NCBI GenBank assembly: GCA_016928555.1
Contig: JAFGKM010000051.1
Coordinates: 2,315-66,314, forward strand
Source: Candidatus Omnitrophota bacterium
GTDB taxonomy: Bacteria; Ratteibacteria; UBA8468; B48-G9; JAFGKM01
DNA length: 64,000 nt
Reading direction: 5' to 3'
A program made the position numbers and the translations under genes. Within the stretch, counting starts at the first letter, position 1. Every line of letters begins with the position of its first letter. The notes under the pieces were generated by a model that saw only the letters and a list, made by a program, of their open reading frames with translations, had not been told where the DNA came from and made no database searches. Shown piece by piece: positions 18,748 through 27,560 of this stretch.

Positions 18748-19965
18748 ATGAATCGGGAATTGATTGTTCTGCTTGAATACTGGGAAAAAGAAAAGGGGAT
18801 AGAGAAGAGTTTTCTTCTCAACGCCCTTGAGAGCGGTTTGTTGACCGTTTACCGGAAGAAGGCCGGGCTTGACGAGAATGTCAACATAAAGATTGACCCC
18901 GAAACGGGGGACCTTAAGTTTTTAAACGCAAAAGGCGAAGAAATCCCGCCCCCGAATTTTCCGTGGGAGAGGATTGCCGCCCAGACTGCAAAACACGTCA
19001 TTATGCAGCGTCTTCGCGAAGCGGAAAAATCCACCGTTTATAACGAGTTTAAAAAACTTGAAGGTTCGCTTATAAGCGGCAGGGTGGAAAGGTTCGAGGA
19101 GAATAACATAGTGGTCTCGATAGGAAAGACCGAAGGACTGCTCCCGCATCTCCATAAACTTGAAAACGAACGTTTCAGGACGGGTAACCCCATAAAGGCG
19201 TACATTATAGAGGTAAGAAAGCCGAACAGGGGCATGTACCAGGTGATTCTTTCCAGGACCCATCCCAATTTCGTAAAGGAACTGCTTGAAAATGAGATTC
19301 CCGAGATAAAAGACGGGACCATCAAAATAAAGTCTATTGCGAGGTTTCCGGGGGATATTGTTAAGGCGGCGGTTTTTTCAACGGACGAAAAGGTGGATGC
19401 CGTGGGGACATGCGTGGGGGAGAAAGCCCGCAGGATAAAGAACATAATGAAGGAACTGAACGGCGAAAAGGTGGAAATAATACTGTGGGACAAGGACATA
19501 GGCAGGTACATAATGAACTCCCTGAGTCCCGCTTCAGGCAAAAGGGTAATTGTTGACGATAAGAAGAAGGAGGCGGTAGTGATTGTAGACGACGGCCAGC
19601 TCTTTCTTGCGATAGGCAAAAGGGGACAGAACGTGCGTCTTGCCTCAAAACTTACGGGGTGGAATATACGCGTCCTCAGAGAATCCGAATATAAGAGCGA
19701 TGAAAAGCCTGCCGTGGGAATCATAGACGGGATTGACGAAAAAACCGCTCTTGAACTTGCAAAGTTCGGATACAGCTCAATAAAGTCACTCGCCGAGGCT
19801 GATGTTGACGAAATAAAAAAGATACCTGCCATAGGAGATAACCTTGCCCGGGAGATAGTTGACAGGGCGAAAAACTACAGGGAAAAGAAAAAGGAAGAAA
19901 CTCGCGGGAGCGAAATCCCTGAAGGGCAGGATAAAGGCGGAGAGAAGGAAGAAATCGGAGAATAG
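18748..19965 (+). CDS. nusA: Transcription termination/antitermination factor NusA
   Basis: RIAAQTAK, SRTHP, KH motifs, AIGKRGQNVRLASKLTGW. Confidence 0.96.
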   Translation: MNRELIVLLEYWEKEKGIEKSFLLNALESGLLTVYRKKAGLDENVNIKIDPETGDLKFLNAKGEEIPPPNFPWERIAAQTAKHVIMQRLREAEKSTVYNEFKKLEGSLISGRVERFEENNIVVSIGKTEGLLPHLHKLENERFRTGNPIKAYIIEVRKPNRGMYQVILSRTHPNFVKELLENEIPEIKDGTIKIKSIARFPGDIVKAAVFSTDEKVDAVGTCVGEKARRIKNIMKELNGEKVEIILWDKDIGRYIMNSLSPASGKRVIVDDKKKEAVVIVDDGQLFLAIGKRGQNVRLASKLTGWNIRVLRESEYKSDEKPAVGIIDGIDEKTALELAKFGYSSIKSLAEADVDEIKKIPAIGDNLAREIVDRAKNYREKKKEETRGSEIPEGQDKGGEKEEIGE

Positions 19966-20022
19966 CAAATACTAACCACTATTCACTATCCACTGGCTTC
20001 ATACACGGGGTAAAGGAAAAAA

Positions 20023-22329
20023 ATGAGAGTTCTTGAATTGGCAAAAAAATATAAACTGGGCAAAAATGAATTCCTTGAGATTATTGACAGGAACGTGGGG
20101 ATAAAAGGAAAGAAAACCACGAGCGGCCTGTCGGAAGCCGAAGTAAAAAGGATTGAAGAATATATAGGCAATAAGGTGAGAGAAAAACTGTCCGCCCAGA
20201 AAGCGAAAACAGAGGCTCTTAAAAAAACCGAGGCTGGCTCTGAAAAGAAGGCGGCTCCGGCAAAAAAAGCGGCAAAGAAGGAAAAGCCCGTTAAAAAAGC
20301 CGGGAAAAAAGAAACGAAAGAAAAAAAAGAAACGAAAAAAAAGAAAGCCAAAAAAACTTTACCCGCAAAAAAAACTCCAAAAAAAGCTCCTGCAAAGAAA
20401 CCTGAAAAAAAGAAGCCGGCTCCCGCCTCAGCAAAAGGGAAGCCTTCGGCTCCGCCCGAAGAAGCAAAGCCTGTTAAAGTCCCTGAAGCAAAACCCGTAC
20501 CTGCCGCCGCAGTGATTTCCGAAGAGAAACCGGCCGTAGAAATAAAGGAAAAGAAGCCGGCTGTTAAGCCTGAACCGGCGAAAAAAACCGTTTTGCTTGA
20601 AGGCTCGGAGAATATAAAACAGTTTTCAGAAAAGACAAATATCCCTTCCGCCGAGATAATAAAGTATTTCTTCCTGCAGGGGCTGGCGTTTAACGTCAAC
20701 CAGCCGCCGGGCAGGGAAAATCTGGAAAAAGCATGCGAAGTTTTCGGGTTCACCCCGGAGTTCAGCAGGGAGGAAGTCCCTGCCGTCAAAAAGATTCCGG
20801 AGGAAGAAGAAGGCACCCTTCTTCCGAGGCCCCCCGTAGTAACCATTATGGGGCATGTTGACCACGGAAAAACAACAATACTTGATACTATCAGAAAGAG
20901 CAGGATAGCGGAAAAGGAGCACGGGCAGATTACGCAGAAGATAGGAGCGTATAAACTTGATTCCAAGAAGGGTTCAATCGTTTTCTTTGATACTCCGGGC
21001 CATGAGTCTTTCACTGCCATGAGGGCAAGGGGAACGCTTGTTACCGACATAGTAATCCTTGTTGTTGCCGCAGATGAGGGAGTGAAGCCGCAGACGGTGG
21101 AAGCCATAAACCATGCAAGGTCTGCAAACGTGCCTATAATCGTTGCGGTAAACAAGATTGACAAGCCGAATATAAATCCGGACAAAATAAAAAAACAGCT
21201 GGCCGAATATCAGCTTGTACCGGAGGAATGGGGGGGCGACACCGTATTTGTAAACGTCTCAGGGGTTACCGGACAGGGCATAGACGAACTTCTTGAGATG
21301 ATAATTCTAATGGGCGAGATGCTTGAGTTAAAAGCTACTCCCGAGGGCTGCGCCAAGGGCGTAGTCGTGGAATCTTTTATCGACAGATCAAAAGGGCCGA
21401 TTGTAAACGTGCTTATAAGAAAAGGGACGCTGAAATCCGGGGACCCTTTTATCGCAGGCGATGTCAGGGGCAGGGTAAGGGCGATTATAGACGACTGGGG
21501 CAGGAAGATAGACAGCGCAGGCCCTTCAACCCCCGTTGAGATTCTTGGGGCAGGCGGCGTGGCTATCCCGGGAGAGAAATTCAACACCGTAAAATCGGAC
21601 AAGATAGCCAGGCAGATTTCCGAGGAAAGAAGGGAATCTTCGGGTTCGAGAAAGGAACAGGTTGTTAAAAAGGTGACTCTTCAGGACCTTTACGATGAAA
21701 TCCAGAAAGGCGAAGTGAAGGAACTGAAGCTTATAGTGAAAACCGATTATGCCGGAACAATAGACGCAATAAAGGACGTTATAGGCAAGATACCTTCAAA
21801 CGAGGTGAAGATTTCCGTCATTCATTCGGAAACCGGGGCTGTTTCCGAGTCGGATGTACTGCTCGCCTCCGCTTCAAATGCCGTTGTTGTGGGATTCAAC
21901 GTTCCGTTAAACCAGAAGGTTGAAGATATTGCGCAATCCGAAGGCGTGGAAGTAAGAACTTATAAAATAATATATGAACTCGCGGAAGACATTAAAAAAG
22001 CGGTTGAGGGGATGCTGGAGCCGGAAGAACAGGAAATACTTTCGGGACAAGCTGTTGTAAAGAAGGTTTTCCGTCTTTCGGACAAGTCGTCAATTGCCGG
22101 CTGTCTTGTGGTTGACGGGAAGATTGTGAGGAACTCCCTCGGAAAGGTTGTCAGGGGAGGAAGCGTGGTTTTCACGGGAACAATTTCAAGCCTGAAAAGA
22201 TTCAAAGAGTCGGCTAAAGAGGTAAAACAGAATACGGAATGCGGAATAGGGATGGACAATTTCACGGATTTCTACGAAGGCGATATAATCCAGTCCTATG
22301 TAAAAACTACGGTGGCTAAAAAACTTTAA
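20023..22329 (+). CDS. infB: Translation initiation factor IF-2
   Basis: [33 protein letters not shown]. Confidence 0.97.
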   Translation: MRVLELAKKYKLGKNEFLEIIDRNVGIKGKKTTSGLSEAEVKRIEEYIGNKVREKLSAQKAKTEALKKTEAGSEKKAAPAKKAAKKEKPVKKAGKKETKEKKETKKKKAKKTLPAKKTPKKAPAKKPEKKKPAPASAKGKPSAPPEEAKPVKVPEAKPVPAAAVISEEKPAVEIKEKKPAVKPEPAKKTVLLEGSENIKQFSEKTNIPSAEIIKYFFLQGLAFNVNQPPGRENLEKACEVFGFTPEFSREEVPAVKKIPEEEEGTLLPRPPVVTIMGHVDHGKTTILDTIRKSRIAEKEHGQITQKIGAYKLDSKKGSIVFFDTPGHESFTAMRARGTLVTDIVILVVAADEGVKPQTVEAINHARSANVPIIVAVNKIDKPNINPDKIKKQLAEYQLVPEEWGGDTVFVNVSGVTGQGIDELLEMIILMGEMLELKATPEGCAKGVVVESFIDRSKGPIVNVLIRKGTLKSGDPFIAGDVRGRVRAIIDDWGRKIDSAGPSTPVEILGAGGVAIPGEKFNTVKSDKIARQISEERRESSGSRKEQVVKKVTLQDLYDEIQKGEVKELKLIVKTDYAGTIDAIKDVIGKIPSNEVKISVIHSETGAVSESDVLLASASNAVVVGFNVPLNQKVEDIAQSEGVEVRTYKIIYELAEDIKKAVEGMLEPEEQEILSGQAVVKKVFRLSDKSSIAGCLVVDGKIVRNSLGKVVRGGSVVFTGTISSLKRFKESAKEVKQNTECGIGMDNFTDFYEGDIIQSYVKTTVAKKL

Positions 22330-22330
22330 A

Positions 22331-22669
22331 ATGGAAGACTGCATTTTTTGCGGGTTAGCGTCCGGCAGGATTGAATGCGCAAAGGTTTACGAGGATGATA
22401 AGGCGATTGCCTTCCGCGACATAAACCCGCAGGCGCCGGTACATATCCTTATCGTTCCGAAAAAACATCTCGTAAAACTGCATGACGCCAAAGACCCTCT
22501 CCTTCTCGGCGGATTGATGGAAATCGCATCAAAACTTGCGGTCGGCGAGGGAATTGCCGAAACGGGGTACAGGGTTGTCATAAATACGGGACGGGATGCG
22601 GGACAGAGCGTTGAACATCTGCACGTTCATCTGCTGGGCGGCAGGAACATGAAATGGCCGCCGGGTTAG
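22331..22669 (+). CDS. hinT: Histidine triad nucleotide-binding protein (HinT-like)
   Basis: DCIFC, FRDINPQAPVH, HLHVHLLGGR..WPPG. Confidence 0.92.
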   Translation: MEDCIFCGLASGRIECAKVYEDDKAIAFRDINPQAPVHILIVPKKHLVKLHDAKDPLLLGGLMEIASKLAVGEGIAETGYRVVINTGRDAGQSVEHLHVHLLGGRNMKWPPG

Positions 22670-22753
22670 GAACGAGCGAATAGCGATAGTGAAAAGTGAT
22701 AAGAAAAAGCAGAAAAAAACAAACTTGAATTTCAAAAGCATAAGTGCACTCCC

Positions 22754-23569
22754 ATGGTTAGAGAGATAAAAATAAGAAACGTGAAAATCGGAGGAGGCGG
22801 CATTTTCTGCTTTATAGCGGGGCCGTGCGTCATTGAAGACGAAAAGACGGTCATGTATACAGCCGAAAGCCTGAAGAAAATATGCTCGGACGAGAATATC
22901 CCTTTTATATTCAAAGCTTCTTTTGACAAGGCGAACCGCTCTTCGGTCAAATCATTCAGGGGTCCCGGAATAGAGAAAGGCCTGCGGATACTGACCCGGG
23001 TCAGAGAGCTTTTTGACGTTCCTGTTACCACGGACGTGCATTCCGAAACACAGGTGAAAGATGCGGCCGATGCGGTAGACGTAATACAGATACCGGCATT
23101 TTTATGCAGGCAGACAGACCTGTTGGTTGCAGCGGGTAAGACAAAAAAACCCGTTAACGTAAAAAAAGGGCAGTTTCTTTCCCCTCCGGAAGTGAAAAAT
23201 GTAATAGAGAAAGTTGTCTCTACAGGAAACAGGAACGTGATTATTACGGAAAGAGGCACTACTTTCGGATACAATAATCTGGTTTCGGATTTCAGGGCGC
23301 TTCCGGTAATGAGGGGGTTCGGGTATCCGGTCGTGTTTGACGCCACTCACAGCGTTCAGGAACCGGGAAAGCTGGGGATAAGCTCCGGCGGCGACAGAAA
23401 TTTTGTGCCTTATCTTGCAAAAGCCGCCGTTGCGGTGGGCTGCGACGGGATATTCGCCGAGGTTCATCCCAACCCTGAAAAAGCGCTGTCGGACGGGGCA
23501 AATATGCTTAACATGAAAGAAATCGCGGTTCTTCTTAAAAAACTCAAAGGGATATATTATGCCTTGTAA
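22754..23569 (+). CDS. kdsA: KDO 8-phosphate synthase
   Basis: AGPCVIE, FDKANRSS, QIPAFLCRQTD, FDATHSVQ. Confidence 0.97.
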   Translation: MVREIKIRNVKIGGGGIFCFIAGPCVIEDEKTVMYTAESLKKICSDENIPFIFKASFDKANRSSVKSFRGPGIEKGLRILTRVRELFDVPVTTDVHSETQVKDAADAVDVIQIPAFLCRQTDLLVAAGKTKKPVNVKKGQFLSPPEVKNVIEKVVSTGNRNVIITERGTTFGYNNLVSDFRALPVMRGFGYPVVFDATHSVQEPGKLGISSGGDRNFVPYLAKAAVAVGCDGIFAEVHPNPEKALSDGANMLNMKEIAVLLKKLKGIYYAL

Positions 23570-24560
23570 AAAAATGAACAGGAAGGAATCCCTGAAGTAT
23601 GCAAGAAACGTGATTGACACGGAATGCAGGAATTTGAAGAAGGTGAGCAGTAAACTCGGAGACGGGTTTTTAAACGCGGTGGATGCAATATGTTCCTGCA
23701 GCGGCAAGGTAATCATAACGGGCATGGGCAAAAGCGGGATTATATGCAGAAAGATAGCCGCAACCTTTGCCAGCCTTGGGATACCGGCGGTATTTCTCCA
23801 TCCCGGGGATGCCGTTCACGGGGACCTCGGGACCGTAACAGGGAAAGACGTGGTGATAGTTCTATCCAACAGCGGAGAGACCGAAGAAATTTTAAGGATA
23901 CTGCCCGCGGTAAAAAAAATAGGGGCGGAAATAATATCTTTTACATGTTCGGGAAATTCATCGCTTGGCATGTACAGCAGCTGCGTCATTGAGACGGGAG
24001 AGATAGAGGAAGCCGATGTCTTCGGCATCATCCCCTCTTCAAGCACGACCTGCGCCCTTGTCCTCGGAGATGCGATGGCTCTGCTTATAATGCAGATAAA
24101 GGGCATCTGTAAAAGAGATTTTGCATTCTTCCACCCTGCGGGGAACCTCGGAAGGCGGCTGATGCTTAGGGTAAAAGACGTAATGCACACGGGCAGAAAA
24201 ATCCCCGCGGTGGGAACCGGCTCAAAGATGACGGAAATTTTGAGGGAGATAACCAGGGTAAACCTCGGTTTTACTCTTGTTCTGGACGATAAAGGACGAG
24301 TTGAAGGGATTATAACAGACGGAGATATAAGGCGGATACTGTGCAAGAAGGGCGTTCCTGCCGGAGAGCTTACTGCCCGCGAGTGCATGACCGGAAACCC
24401 GAAGACGATTGACGGGGAAAGTTTGGCCGTGGAGGCACTCAGCATCATGGAAAAGTCCGAGATTACCTGTCTTGTCATCATGGGAAAGGACGGAAAGCCC
24501 GAAGGAATCGTCCATCTTCACGACCTGCTCGGCAAGAAGGAGTTTAAAATTGAATACTGA
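23559..24560 (+). CDS. kdsD: Arabinose-5-phosphate isomerase (SIS + CBS)
   Basis: GMGKSG, HGDLG, SNSGET, FHPAGNLG, CBS pair. Confidence 0.94.
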   Translation: MPCKKMNRKESLKYARNVIDTECRNLKKVSSKLGDGFLNAVDAICSCSGKVIITGMGKSGIICRKIAATFASLGIPAVFLHPGDAVHGDLGTVTGKDVVIVLSNSGETEEILRILPAVKKIGAEIISFTCSGNSSLGMYSSCVIETGEIEEADVFGIIPSSSTTCALVLGDAMALLIMQIKGICKRDFAFFHPAGNLGRRLMLRVKDVMHTGRKIPAVGTGSKMTEILREITRVNLGFTLVLDDKGRVEGIITDGDIRRILCKKGVPAGELTARECMTGNPKTIDGESLAVEALSIMEKSEITCLVIMGKDGKPEGIVHLHDLLGKKEFKIEY

Positions 24561-25077
24561 CGCCGTTAAGAATGCCGGAAAGATAAAAATGGTCGTTACG
24601 GATATAGACGGGGTTCTTACGGACGGAAGGGTGTTTTTTATTGACGGGGCATTAAGCCGTTTCTTCAACATAAAAGACGGAGTTGCTTTTGTCCTGTTGA
24701 AGCTTTCAGGGATAAAGGCTGCCGTTATAAGCGGGAAGAGTTCCTCCGAATCCCAAAAAAGGCTTGAGGAGCTCGGCGTGGATTATTACATGGAAGGTGT
24801 GGCGGACAAGCTTGCGGCGATTGAAGGGATTATTGAGAAGACAGGGATGAAATGGGAAGACGTCTGTTACGTAGGAGATGACCTTCCCGACTTGCCGGTT
24901 ATGAAAAAGGCAGGGTTTTCAGCGGCTCCCCTTGACGCATGCGCCGATGTTAAGAATGCCGCAGACTATGTTTGTAAAAAGGAAGGCGGAAAGGGAGCTT
25001 TCAGGGAAACGGCCGAATTCATTTTAAGGGAGAGAGGGGTATGGGAAGAAATCCTGCAAAAGTTCTTATCATTGTGA
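24550..25077 (+). CDS. kdsC: KDO 8-phosphate phosphatase (HAD)
   Basis: DIDGVLTDG, GDDLPD, GGKGAFRE; TTG start after AAGGAG. Confidence 0.92.
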   Translation: MNTDAVKNAGKIKMVVTDIDGVLTDGRVFFIDGALSRFFNIKDGVAFVLLKLSGIKAAVISGKSSSESQKRLEELGVDYYMEGVADKLAAIEGIIEKTGMKWEDVCYVGDDLPDLPVMKKAGFSAAPLDACADVKNAADYVCKKEGGKGAFRETAEFILRERGVWEEILQKFLSL

Positions 25078-25613
25078 TGCTCCTTTTCCTTGCTCAGGGA
25101 TGTTCGAGAAGCAGGGAACCGGATAATAAGGCGGATAAGCCTCAGGAAGAAATAACCGGTTTCAGCCTCAGGCAGTTTGCCGGGGATAAGTCAAGTTTTA
25201 CCCTGAAAGGAGAAAGCGCCGAAATTTCTTCGGGCGGCAGGACGACAATAGCCGCACCCGCGCTTTCATTTTCAACCGGCGCGGAAGTTATAGAGATAAA
25301 CACCGGAAAGGAAGGACAGGGGGAGGTCAAGATTGTCCCTGACGAGAAAAAAGTTACTGCGGTTGTGATTACGGGAAACGTAAAAATTATTTACAGGGAT
25401 ATAAAGACCGGAGCCGTCACAATGGAGGGCTCCTGCAGAAAACTTACTTATAAAGACGCCGAAAAAACTCTTCTAATGGAGGGGAATCCCGTCATTAAAA
25501 GAGGGAAAAGCGTTTTTTCCGGCGACACCGTAATATACAGGTTCGACGAAAACACACTGGAAATAAAAGGCAATGTAAATGCGCAGATACATACGGAAAA
25601 AGATGCTGATTAG
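25041..25613 (+). CDS. LptC/LptA-like beta-jellyroll lipoprotein
   Basis: Lipobox LAQGC; beta-rich OstA-like pattern (EGNPVIKRGKSVFSGDTVIY); follows kdsC. Confidence 0.65.
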   Translation: MGRNPAKVLIIVMLLFLAQGCSRSREPDNKADKPQEEITGFSLRQFAGDKSSFTLKGESAEISSGGRTTIAAPALSFSTGAEVIEINTGKEGQGEVKIVPDEKKVTAVVITGNVKIIYRDIKTGAVTMEGSCRKLTYKDAEKTLLMEGNPVIKRGKSVFSGDTVIYRFDENTLEIKGNVNAQIHTEKDAD

Positions 25614-26553
25614 TTTTTTCCTGCTCGCCTCCGCAGTTTATGCGGGAAATATTTCGGTATGCCTCTGGCGCGGAAGCAGTCCCGACAGCGTACTGAATAT
25701 CTATAAAAACAAATACCCGGGCAGAATCAGGGTTGTTTCTTACAAAGGACAGTCTCTGATTATCAATACGCTTGATATTGAGGATTATCTTGCCGGCGTT
25801 CTTGCAAAGGAGATGGACTCTTTATGGCCTGCCGAGGCGTTGAAGGCCCAGGCGGTAGTCTCCCGCACTTTCGCTCTTTACACTGCAAAGGAAAACAAGG
25901 CGAAAAAACTTCCGTACGACATTGAAAATTCAATATTTCATCAGGTTTACGGCACAACCGGCTGTGAAAGGATAATAAAGGCGGTTAAAGAAACGGAAGG
26001 GGAAATTCTGACTTATCAGGGAAATACTTCCCAGGTTTTTTTTCACGCAAGCTGCGGAGGAGCCACGGCGAAAACATCGGACGTATGGGGTGGAAACCGC
26101 AGCCACATTGACTCCGTTTCATGCATTTACTGCGCTGAATCTCCGTATTACGCATGGGAAAAGACCTTCTCGTCATACCAGCTCTCAAGGATTTTCCGCC
26201 GGGCATCTCCCGTTGATAAAATAACGGTCGAGGAGACGGACTGCTCGGGCAGGGTAAAGGCTTTGAAGATTTTTTCAAAGGATGGTAAAATGTACAATTT
26301 AACGGGGCATCAATTCCGCATGGATGTGAATAAATGCGCTTCAAAGGTGCTGTTTAACTGCCCCGACATACTACCGAGCACCAAATTCAGGGTTCTGCAG
26401 ACAGGCGATAGATTTGTCTTTCAAGGGGAAGGGTACGGCCACGGCGTGGGAATGTGCCAGTGGGGCGCAAGGATAATGGCCGAAAAAGGAGATAATTACA
26501 TTAATATACTGCAATATTATTTTCCCTCGATGGAGATAACCGTGCTTGAATAG
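25579..26553 (+). CDS. SpoIID/LytB-domain lytic transglycosylase
   Basis: EDYLAGV..EM, EALKAQAV..RT, GYGHGVGMCQWGA, ILQYYF. Confidence 0.92.
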   Translation: MRRYIRKKMLISFFLLASAVYAGNISVCLWRGSSPDSVLNIYKNKYPGRIRVVSYKGQSLIINTLDIEDYLAGVLAKEMDSLWPAEALKAQAVVSRTFALYTAKENKAKKLPYDIENSIFHQVYGTTGCERIIKAVKETEGEILTYQGNTSQVFFHASCGGATAKTSDVWGGNRSHIDSVSCIYCAESPYYAWEKTFSSYQLSRIFRRASPVDKITVEETDCSGRVKALKIFSKDGKMYNLTGHQFRMDVNKCASKVLFNCPDILPSTKFRVLQTGDRFVFQGEGYGHGVGMCQWGARIMAEKGDNYINILQYYFPSMEITVLE

Positions 26554-26575
26554 CCTAAACAGGGAGGAGTAAGAA

Positions 26576-26869
26576 ATGGATATGCGGATTTATTCTGCTG
26601 TGGAGATTGACAAGAGGTTTGAGGAATACATAAAGGAAAAATTTGAACGGCTGCAGAAATTCATTTTTGACGAGGGGACTGCCGAATTCCATATAAAGAA
26701 AGAAGGCCCCATGTACATAAGCGAAATCAGAATCCATTCCAAAAACAACGACATTTTCCTTAAAGAAAAGGACAACGACCTGAACAAAAGCGTTGAGATT
26801 CTTTTTGACAGGGCGAAAAGACAGGTAAGAAAAGTTCACGATAAGGTGGTTGACAGGCCGTACAGGTAA
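26576..26869 (+). CDS. hpf: Ribosome hibernation promoting factor (short form)
   Basis: 97 aa, YIKEKF..L and RQVRK..K pattern; upstream of ptsN. Confidence 0.8.
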   Translation: MDMRIYSAVEIDKRFEEYIKEKFERLQKFIFDEGTAEFHIKKEGPMYISEIRIHSKNNDIFLKEKDNDLNKSVEILFDRAKRQVRKVHDKVVDRPYR

Positions 26870-26896
26870 AGAGCAAAAATCATACTCCCTCACTGC

Positions 26897-27041
26897 TTGT
26901 CATTGCGAGGCGAAGCCGAAGCAATCTCAATAAAAAGGTTGGGATTGCCGCTGAATATTCACCCCCTCCTTTTATCCTCCCCCCTCGAGGGGGAGGAAGA
27001 TAGGTGGGGGGGGGGCAATCTTTTCCGGCTCGCAACGACAA
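26897..27041. repeat. Palindromic REP-like element (family C) with a nested GC-rich hairpin
   Basis: ttgtcattgcgag...gaagcaatctc...gggattgc...ctcgcaacgacaa, enclosing cctcccccctcgagggggagg. Confidence 0.75.
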
Positions 27042-27074
27042 AAAGCGTCGGTTCGGGGTAAAGGAGAAGAAGCG

Positions 27075-27548
27075 ATGAAGATAACGGATTTTTTGAAGGA
27101 GGACTGCGTATTAATCGGTGTAAAAAGCAAGGATAAAAAGGGAGCAATTTCGGAGTTGCTGGAATTGCTCAAGGAAAAGAAACACATTAAAGACAGCCAG
27201 GATATTCTGGATAACGTGATGGAAAGGGAAAAACTCGGCTCTACCGGCATAGGCCAGGGCATAGCTGTTCCCCATACCAAGACGGAACAAATTGAGGACC
27301 TCGTCGGGGCGGTTGGGATTTCCGACGACGGGGTATCCTTCGACGCACTTGACGGAGAACCCGTACACATAATCTTTCTTATACTTGCTCCGACAAAGTC
27401 AATCGGGCTTCATCTGAAAGCCCTTGCCAAGATAGCCCGTCTTCTGAAGGATAAGACGTTCCGGAACGCTCTGCGCAAGTCAACCTCGGCTTCCGAGGTG
27501 GCAAGAATTATAAGGGAAGACGAAGAAAAGCTGAACCTGTCTTCCTGA
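27075..27548 (+). CDS. ptsN: PTS EIIA (Ntr/fructose-type)
   Basis: REKLGSTGIGQGIAVPH, HLKALAKIARLL. Confidence 0.9.
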   Translation: MKITDFLKEDCVLIGVKSKDKKGAISELLELLKEKKHIKDSQDILDNVMEREKLGSTGIGQGIAVPHTKTEQIEDLVGAVGISDDGVSFDALDGEPVHIIFLILAPTKSIGLHLKALAKIARLLKDKTFRNALRKSTSASEVARIIREDEEKLNLSS

Positions 27549-27560
27549 AAAAACTGAAAA

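Noticed and set aside
19986-21185. 399-aa antisense ORF opposite infB
   Set aside because: It is a shadow of infB codon bias and its Lys-rich tract (Phe/Ala/Ser-rich, no motifs).
26959-27147. 62-aa minus-strand ORF over the nested repeat
   Set aside because: It is a translation of palindromic repeat sequence and overlaps ptsN in antisense.
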